Assembly (NCBI GenBank): GCA_000165425.1
Contig: CT868667.1
Span: 1 to 64,000, forward strand
Direction of reading: 5' to 3'
From: Paramecium tetraurelia
Taxonomy: Eukaryota
DNA length: 64,000 nt
Position numbers and translations under genes: made by a program. This document shows positions 54,564-64,000 of the stretch, piece by piece; position 1 is the first letter of the stretch, and every line of letters starts with the position of its first letter. The notes beneath the pieces were generated by a model. It saw nothing but the letters and a program-made list of their open reading frames with translations. It had not been told where the DNA came from and did not search any database.

Positions 54564-57500
54564 TCATAGTTCAACTTCTGAATAAATAAACCCAACCCTC
54601 TTTGTCTTTTTGTAAAATTTAAAGTAGAAATATATAAGCAGTATAATAATTATTGAAAATAGCAAATAAACCGATGGACCAAAGTTAAAATGAAATTCAG
54701 GAGGCAGATAAAATTTAATGTTGTATGTACCATTTTAAAATTCATTTAAGCAAAATATAGAAATATCCATATAGACTTAGTAGTTGTATTAGCAATACAT
54801 GTTATATTCCAAGTACCTATTGGGTAATTATAGATAATTTAGTCATAAATGTATATGGCTGTTCCATTTTGATATTATTAATTGACAATCGTTGCATAAT
54901 TAGATATTGAAGCGTTAAATGAACCTTACATCAAAATTGGTTCCATTTAATTTTAATTTAAGACATTGTTCAAATAATAGACTCCAATTTTGTATGTCTT
55001 ATCGTATTTAAATTGCTGCGTTAAAACACTATTTTAATAAAAAATATTTCCATTATTACTTAAATCACCATAATTTGGAATGGTTCTTATGCCTATGCCT
55101 TTGTTTAATTTTTGTTTATGAAATTAAAACAATTGTAATTTTACTTCTACAATGTAACTAAAATAAATATCACTTAGAAGTATTAAAATAATATTAGGTT
55201 ATGTTTGCATAATTAGAACAAAAGAATATTATATTGAAAGTTGAAAACAAGCTTACAGAGAATCACAAAATGAAATTTCAATAATATTTATATCTCCTAT
55301 TTTACTGACTGAACCATCAATGAACATCATTCTATTATATACTGCAAAACTCTAAATATATAAAACAATTATTTATTGTGATTAATCACCTTGAATCATG
55401 CTTTATATTTACGCAATAGAGAAATCTTGACTTGGCCCATAATAGTTTAAGTCTATCTCTTATAAAATGTTTTGAGATTAGTTAAACCAATACAATTATT
55501 ATGAATTTTCAAAAGAACCTAAAATAAAAATTTGGTTTAAAATGGTGTCTATTTTGGATATATTGTCAAACATTTTTGGTAATAATATTCTTTCATTTAA
55601 TGTTATATTACCTTCACAATTTAAAGTAAAATTAAGCAAATATTAAGAAGTTCTGTTTCCACAAATTGAATATAATGTGTAATCATTTGATGCTGACTTT
55701 AGACAATCAGTAAAATTTAAATTTGAATAACTTAAATTTGATATTTATGTTAAGTCACTATTAACAGTTTATATATAAGAGTTATTCTGCAAAGCAAAAC
55801 ATTCGTTATTTATTGAAGTTATTAAAGAGAAATTACTATAATTAGGGATGCTGGTAGAGTTATATTAATTTAATTGAGTAACACTACAATATTTGTTTAA
55901 ATTATTGGTTTAAGTTAATTTTTTTGATTCACATAATCCAACCTATCTATCAAGAATTAAATTCATTGGATATGAGAAATTTTTAGAACCAGGAATTATA
56001 TTTTCTTTTGTNNNNNNNNNNNNNNNNNNNNNNNNNNNNNNNNNNNNNNNNNNNNNNNNNNNNNNNNNNNNNNNNNNNNNNNNNNNNNNNNNNNNNNNNN
56101 NNNNNNNNNNNNNNNNNNNNNNNNNNNNNNNNNNNNNNNNNNNNNNNNNNNNNNNNNNNNNTTCTAACTTATTTTTTAAACACTTATTTTTTTTCAAGAA
56201 AGTTTTATTGACTTAAACCGTATAATTATTAAAATTAACATATAAGAATAGGTTATCTGATTATATTATTACTTCATTATCCACATTTACACTAAAAAGA
56301 TACTTTACAAAATAATATTTTGGTAGATTTTAAACATTATAAACTTAAAAACACGTATTTTGATCATTATTACATAGATATGATAAAATTAATTATTAAT
56401 TTATGATATTTATCTATTTGATTGTGTAATTGACTTTTATCAATGAAATTGGTATTGGGATGCTATTTTAATCAATTGAAATAATTATCACTTCATTTAC
56501 ATTGTTTATATATAATAAAGATGACAATAATTATGTATTCACAACTATTTATGTCGGTTTGAATTATACATTATTGAACAAATTATTTATTGATGATTAA
56601 TTTAAAGTAAAAGTACTTGTAAAATCAAATGTCATTATTTCAATTGATTAATTTTCAATTAGAATTATAACATTACTATAAGTGACTACAAAATCTGATA
56701 ATTATGAATTAAAAGTATAATTCGAATAACTAATAATACTATTATTAGATTTATAGAATTAAAACAAATAGATTGTATTATTAGCACTAAGTCCTATTAT
56801 CATCAATTAAGGATAAATGCTATAAGCAACTTGTAAAGAACTAGCATTTACACTAATCTTAATTGAACATATTTAACCGAATTAGTAGATTGAGGTCGGA
56901 TTCACTGCACTTTACAAAATATCAATTGAATTATTATTATATCCTATTAAATAAAAAAGGATTTGTTGCTCAAATATCAGTTACAAAGGTTATATGAGTA
57001 CATAACTTTAATTAATTTGACCAGCTTGTTGTTAGGCCATAAATGTAAAATTTAATGGTATTCCATCAGGATTTTGTTTATACTGTAATAACTATCCTGA
57101 GAAACTATTAAAGTTGTTTGTAATATCAAGTTCCAAGGAAGTTTGATTTTAAGGAAAATTTTAATTAAACATTACATAGATATTTGTATCATTCTAAGGT
57201 AATACTTAAAGATAAATGTTAGATTAGGTGTATATATATTATTCTTCTTTATACTGACATAAAAGTAAAAAAGAATAATTATTTCCAGCAAATTCGAAGT
57301 TAGTTAAATTGACTTATAAGGAAGGAAATTAAATTTTATATACTATTATCTTTTAATTAAATGAAAATAATTCGCTATCAGAATTGAAATATAATAGGGA
57401 CAGTATCTTAGTCATGTAGATAATATGTATAAAAGCTATTGCCTTATTATTCGTAAATCAATATTTTATGATTAGTTTAATAGATTATAAAGTAGTTATT

Positions 57501-58466
57501 TTAGAATATCTTCAAAATGGACTCAGATTCAAACCAACATTATTAATAGGATGTTAGGATTATTTAATTTTCACACCCTAATAGTTAAATAAAGCAAAAT
57601 CCTTCATATTGCTGATGATACATCAATAATATTTGATAGCATTAAGAATACATAGATAAATCATAATAGACTCTTATACTAAGTAAATCATTTATATCCT
57701 CCTAACTAAAAGCATATATTTAATACAATTAAGAATCTGGAGATATGGATAATTATAATATCTCTTGGGAAGTAATTGCATATATATTGGGACTTATTGT
57801 AATTGGGATATCAAAATCAACAAATTTATTTTTTAAGCTACTTGAATTTTGAAATGATGATGAAATTAGTGAAAGTACTGAATATTCTTTAAAATATTAG
57901 GCATATACTATAAAATTATTTGTTCCATTAACAATTTATTGCATTTTTGTTGAAGTAGGTATAGATGATTATACTTAATAAGCAGGTATTGATTATTCAT
58001 CCATTAATTGAATTAAAAGCAATTCATGATTTTAATAACAATCTACTAAAATAGCAAAATCTTCGGACAAATTGATATTAAAACAATTAAACTAAGGATC
58101 AATTGTTATAGATTCCCCAACTTATTCAATTATTTAATTCTTCCATTCATACATTATCACTTCATTTTCATATGACAAAGTGATAAAATGAGTATTATTT
58201 GAAGACATTGATTTAAATTCTATAATTTATTTTTATATTTTACTATTGCCTACTATTTCATATATTTCTTCGCATTAATTCATAATTTATACATTTGGAA
58301 TTTAAGGATCAATTTTGCACCTTAATTAAGAATCAGCTACCTATTAATCAATATATTACTTATAAAATTCTCCTTCTGTTGGGTACAATGAAATTCCTTA
58401 TTCTTTATTGAATGAAAGTGAAAGGATAGCGCTGATCATATTGATTACCAGGAAAATTATTTTCAT
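54564..58466 (-). CDS. Large type I membrane protein of unknown function (spans an assembly gap)
   Basis: Signal peptide MKIIFLVINMISAILS, LYPTEGE motif, C-terminal TM (VYLLFSIIIILLIYFYF) and EVEL-TGA. Integrity across the whole length was not verified. Confidence 0.7.
56012..56161. other. Assembly gap (150 N)
   Basis: Run of N. Confidence 1.
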
Positions 58467-59481
58467 TGAGAAAAATAATTAATGAATTTTATATTTTTAT
58501 TACATTCAAATTGGATTTATTAAAATTAATAATTAAACTACAATCATATGAAATACATATTTATCTGAATCTAAAGGACCGGTTAGTTTATTGATCTATA
58601 AGCAGCAGCGTCATTGTAATTTCAACATTTTTGATTAATTAAATCTTTGAAATTATTTGTTTATAATTATAATTTTAATCTCTTCACATTTGGTGAATAA
58701 ATCCAATTTGACTTATTCCTTTCTATGAATACAACACTTTTAGTTTTAAACACTGCTAATTAATGATAACCTATATGTTATATTTAATTATATAGCAATC
58801 AATTAAATATTTATTTATTCAGTAAAAATCTGTAAAATCAACTTTGTAATTATAAAATTAAATTAAGCTAAGTGTCAGAAATCACTTCATCCTATCCTAA
58901 TTCATTATACAGAAATTTAAGGCAAATCAATTCAATAATATGATATAATTCAGAGCAAACAACTTTATGTGTACTGAAATAAATATGCTTTCTAATTTTT
59001 TTTAAGATTACTGCTGAACTATTGATTGATTAGATCTAAGGGATTAAACTTTTACTAATATTATTCAATTCAATTATCGACTTTATTTAATAAAATTGAT
59101 TTTTGTGTTACACTATATGACTAATCATTATAGAATATTTTCTTTATAAAATATTTAATTGTCTCTACACTCTTTAACATCATAGAAAATGTTAAATACC
59201 TAGTTTAGTTTAATAAAAGAATGTAAACCTTTATCATTTAATTACTTTACTTTTCTTTGCTTTTATTGTTATAACATATTTAAAATAATAGTATTCCCTT
59301 AACATAAATTATTTTATTGATTTTCAAACAATTTCATAAAGTTCAAAAGATAATTCATTTACATTTCTCATACTGATTAAATATAATCATATTCTTCGCA
59401 CTTCTTGTTTAATAATTCTAATTAGTGAATGAGCATTATCAAAATGTCAAATATTTTATTTTTAAGATACATAATAATAAT

Positions 59482-62267
59482 TCAAATTGTAACAATCCAA
59501 GTTTTAATTTTCATAGGTCCAACCTGGTCTTCGTTATAATTTTATTGAGATTATTCCTGGGTGTATGAGTCTGTCCATTCTAAAAATAGATTATATAAAT
59601 ATGTTACTAAATCTATTTAATTGCCAATTCTTTAATTCTTAATTTCCAGTTAAGGTAGTTTGCATGAATCTTATGCCTGCTGGAAAATTAAGTTTTTAGA
59701 TTCCGTCTTCTCTAAAATTGTGTACTCTAACTAAATATTAATTCTCATTTATCCAAGGTTCAATGTAGAATTTGGATAAATTTTCATCAGCTTGTTTTTC
59801 AACTAATTTGGCAAATTTATTTTTTAATTATTTATATTCAATTTCATCCTAAGCTGAGAAATAAAGTAGTGGTTTAAGATCTTATTCATATTACAACCGT
59901 CTTACAATATTAGAATTCTACTTTGGATTATAGAAGACAATAGTATGAGACATCATCTACCTCATTCCAACACTTTTATTATCTACATCTTCTTATTCAT
60001 CAAGTCTTTCATAGACTCCTTTATAATCATCATTATTCAAACGTCTTTGTAACATTAATTCAATAACGCCGTAACTAAGACTTGTTCCTCCTTATGCTCT
60101 ATCATTGATAACTGCACATGCTTAATCTTCTTCTGTATTTTTGATCATGATGGCACCATTAACAGGGAAATAATTACCTGACACTGGTTCTAAAACTTTC
60201 ATTTGCCAAGAATCCCTATGATTAACCTGGCGTCTTTAAAATGCCAATCCACTACTATCTGTATAAAATACTTATTTATTATTAATATCTGTAAGGATTT
60301 GTATAACAACCTCTTGTCCCTTCTAATCTGTCAAATTAATGGAATCCACAAAAGTATCTACATAGAATATATTTTCATCATCAAAATTTGTAATCCAAGT
60401 CTTTATGGCTGTTTTTTCAATATAAATTTATTTTACAATGCTACCAGTAAATTTATAAGCCTTTATGTAATCACCATATGGGTGTGATTCACCAAACGGT
60501 TTAAAGACATAAGCACCCGAGGTAGAAAAATAAAAATTATAGTTAAGCTTGAATTTGTTAAATAGTTGAGTATCAGCATCAACATTGATAGTTTCAGGTT
60601 CTATTTTATTGATATTGGTTTCATCTTCTGTGGCAACAGTTTTTAGTTTACAATAATGAAGGAGTTTTGAATTATCAACAATTCTTTGTAAATACAGAAT
60701 GCATTATCCATCAACACAGAGAATTTCTCCATTTAGTAGATTGTCTTATTCATCTGTAGCTTTGAAGTACAAATTATCTGGTACAGATATCTTAAGGTAT
60801 TCTTTAATTCCATCATTATTAACTTTAGTATCAATGATAGTTAAGATGACAGTTTAGTTTTTGATTAAAGGATCAAATAAGGAGTGACAGACATTGGTTC
60901 CATTAAAATTACAAGTAACATGATTAACTGACTTTGTATTTGATAGACTGTTGAGTAGAGTGCTAACTTGTTTATTCATATTTAGATGAGCAGTCTTGAT
61001 CATTTTAACATAATCATTATTGACATATTATCTTGCAGTCCCTGTGATTGCATCATGATGTTAAGCTGTGCCTAATGCTTCAGCTAGATCTTATAAGGTT
61101 CTTTCATTACAAAGAGATTTACAGAGGTTATTGATTTTTACTAGGGAATAAAGCAATTTGACTTATTGGAAATATCTGCCTATTCTTCTCACATACCCTT
61201 TAAATGCAGATCTACTAGTGAAGTAACCTGACCAATATTGATTAGGGTAATCAGCATATGGGAAGAAGTCTTCCTATTGAGAAGGATAGGTGATATTCTA
61301 TTCGTTGAGTGCTTGAATGTATTACTTTGGAGTTCCATATTGAATGTTCATTTAATATTTTTCCTTATTTTTATTGACTTAATTCATAACTCTGTCCATC
61401 TGGCTGAAATAGGATGCAGCATCTGACCACTAGAAATCCATTCCCAAAGTATGAGCCAATATATTCCCTCTGTAAACAGTTTGTTACTATTTGAAATATG
61501 CAGCAAGTTCATCTGTTTTCGCTTACAAATTAGAATCTGTAACCTCTTATCTATTGGGATTGGTAACATCGAAATCAAAACCTCTAGGTGATGAGTAATA
61601 GCCATAATAATTGACATGTGTCAATATGGAATGTCTTGAATCAGAATCAGGATGAATAACAAACTCTAATTCTTTATTTTTTTCTCTGATTGTACGATCT
61701 TCTTAATCGATACGCCCAAAAAACAAAGCATTGAATCCCATCATATTTGAGAACAGAGCTTGAGTATTTGAATGTCCAAATGGATCTACTTGCCATCCAA
61801 TCGATGGAGTATAATTGAAGTTTTAGAGTAAGAATTTATGTCCAAGAGTCATCTAATCTATTATATCTTCATAGTATGATGTGGCCTCGTCATTCATGCA
61901 CCATCCTCCACTCAAAAACTCTAACTGCCCATTCCTTACTAACTCTTTCACTTTCTCTTTCATCTCATCACTCTATTCGTTCCACCAACTATATTGTATA
62001 AATGAATTCCATTTACATTGAGAAGAAAGCAATCTCAACTTAAGAGAAGTACTTGGTCTTATCATTCATTAGTTATTCCATATATGAGCTAATAATTTAT
62101 TGGACTCCATTTGAATCTTAGTAGTATTCCATCATGGTCTTTACCCATCCAACATCATCATGTGAGTGGGGAAACAAGAATACATTTAAATAATCCGTTT
62201 TAACCTTATTAACCTTTCCTAAGAATTTACCACACACTATTGATGCTAGGATTAGTAATATAATCAT
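59482..62267 (-). CDS. Lysosomal-type alpha-mannosidase (GH38)
   Basis: Signal peptide, [52 protein letters not shown]. Confidence 0.95.
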
Positions 62268-62300
62268 TTTTATATAATTATATTATATTATTTATCATTA

Positions 62301-63343
62301 ATGTCTGAATAAGGAGAAGAATAACAAGGAGATGAGCAATTAGGAGATGAGCAACAAGAGGAATAATAATAACAAGAATAACAGCCATTTCAAATTGACA
62401 CTCAAATTGTACTATCATTTTCATTTTATTAAGCCTCCTGAAGATGCCAATGTCTTCATGACTCAATAAAAACTAGAATAGAATCAAGTGTGGAAATGCT
62501 TTGATTTCTTGTTCCCAGCAGGGAAACTAGCCAAGCTTATCAAAGTTAATTATATGCAACCCAAAACATTCCCAATGACTGAAATACTTACGAAACTGAA
62601 ATTAGATGATGGATTGCCTGTTGTCAATTTTATTGGTTGCAGACACAACTTTGACAATCCAAACTCTACTCGTGGCAAATTCTATGCTGGTATTGCCAGA
62701 GCATGTCATAATACTGATGCAGTTATCATTGACAATGGAATCACTACTGGCATTGAAAAATTCAGTCTTAGAAGAAATTGCACTGTATCTATCCTATTCA
62801 AGTATACATAGCTCATTGGTGTTGCACCTGAGTCAGTTGTCTCCTATCCCAAATTGAATCCTACAAAAATTGAAAAAAATGAATTAAGCAATGGTCATAC
62901 ACACATCTTCCTGATTGGAGGTGAACATGTTGATTTAGGAACTGAAGCACTATTCAAAATTAATTTATGCAAAGCGTATCAAATTATTTATAATATAACA
63001 GAATTGCCACTGGTAAGATCAGCAAGACTTAAGGGAGGCCAAGATGCAAAATCGTTAATATCCTATTTGCAGATTCTAATGATTGTTTTGATGAGATAAG
63101 AGAAGCCATTATTAACAAATTACCTATTATTGTTGTACGGGGTTCTCATCTCTGCAATCAATTCATTGATCAAGAAAAGATACTTGATGCAGGTATCTTT
63201 CATTATTAATGATAGAATTTGAGGATATTATGACTGATAAAGATGGATTCTTTTTCCCACTAAAAAAATTAGATTCAGAAGTCATTGCACAAATGGTACA
63301 TTATCTATTGACATATACCCCCTCAAAACCTAAACAATAATGA
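62301..63343 (+). CDS. Stand-alone SLOG (LSDAT/TRPM N-terminal-like) domain protein
   Basis: PVVNFIG..GIARACHNTDAVIIDNGITTGI..LIGVAP..LSNGHTHIFLI..LPIIVVRGS. Q/E-rich N-terminus and short introns. No TM segment seen. Confidence 0.75.
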
Positions 63344-63387
63344 TTTATATATATTATAATTCTATCAAAGTTAGTATATTTATAATT

Positions 63388-64000
63388 ATGAGAAGATAGG
63401 AACGGATAGTTACAGAGGAAAAAAATTTAACCCCATAGAGAGAGAAGAATAATGATGTGATTAATGTACTTTAATCTAAAAGGTCTGAAGATTAATCGCT
63501 TTTGAGAACAGATCTAATACAATTCTAATATGAGAGAAAAGAACCAAGGTTGAGCATAAAAATAAATGAAAATAATGAAAATGAAAAAGATAAAAATTAA
63601 CCTTAGAAACATAATGAAATAAGTAATTAAAATATCAAATGTGCTAATCCAACACATCAAGAGCCTGTTTTAATGGTTGTACTTGATCCTAATTTAGGTC
63701 GCCATGAAAGAATTTTCTGTTAAGAATGCATAAGTGTAATGGAATCAAATAAAAAAACAATTGGAATAAAAAAAGTGATGGAAATAACCTAAGAAAATAA
63801 TAAAAAGAAAAGGGAATATAGAGATATAATTGCTTAATAACATCTGAAAGAACTTGAATAGTTTAAATTCAACATAAATTAATTAAAGAGTTGTTTAAAC
63901 AAAAACTTAGATGAAATGATGGAAAATGCAAATATGTGGATGAAAGATTTGTAGAACTTCAGAAAAGTAGAATATAATTTAGATACAGAAATATAATGGT
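63388..64000 (+). CDS. 5' part of a protein with Cys/His motif and coiled coil, probably the same WD40 family (truncated by the window)
   Basis: CANPTHQEPVLMVVLDPNLGRHERIFCQECI followed by a coiled coil, resembling the N-terminus of the WD40 gene at 6820-8277. Confidence 0.65.

Noticed and set aside
55943..56211. ORFs containing X runs
   Set aside because: Artefacts of the 150-N assembly gap.

Overview
AT-rich, gene-dense ciliate DNA, almost certainly a Paramecium assembly and mostly macronuclear-like. TAA/TAG read as Gln, TGA is the only stop, introns are 20-31 nt GT..AG and intergenic spacers are often under 100 nt. The supplied standard-code ORF track therefore fragments nearly every gene, and I re-translated by hand with code 6. 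About 30 genes are supported: WD40 proteins, a ~3,200-aa Cys-rich surface-antigen-like protein, a RanBP2 ZnF protein, an HTH protein, a 199-aa XRCC4/PAXX-fold protein (probably DIE5), NMD3, a RING-H2 ligase, frataxin, a laforin-like phosphatase, SRPK, two bacterial-like GyrI proteins, DNA ligase I, an LRR protein, an FCP/SCP phosphatase, Myb, a GH38 alpha-mannosidase and a stand-alone SLOG protein. The most unusual items are: a decayed APE+RT non-LTR retrotransposon with a stop-codon-adjacent microsatellite tail lying between a gene and its truncated paralog; an atypical tRNA-like Pol III gene (AAG anticodon, no variable arm); a tandem pair of ~90-aa orphan paralogs; two divergent genes only 8 nt apart; and an oversized 83-nt intron. 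Coordinates were read manually and family calls rest on recognised motifs, not database searches.
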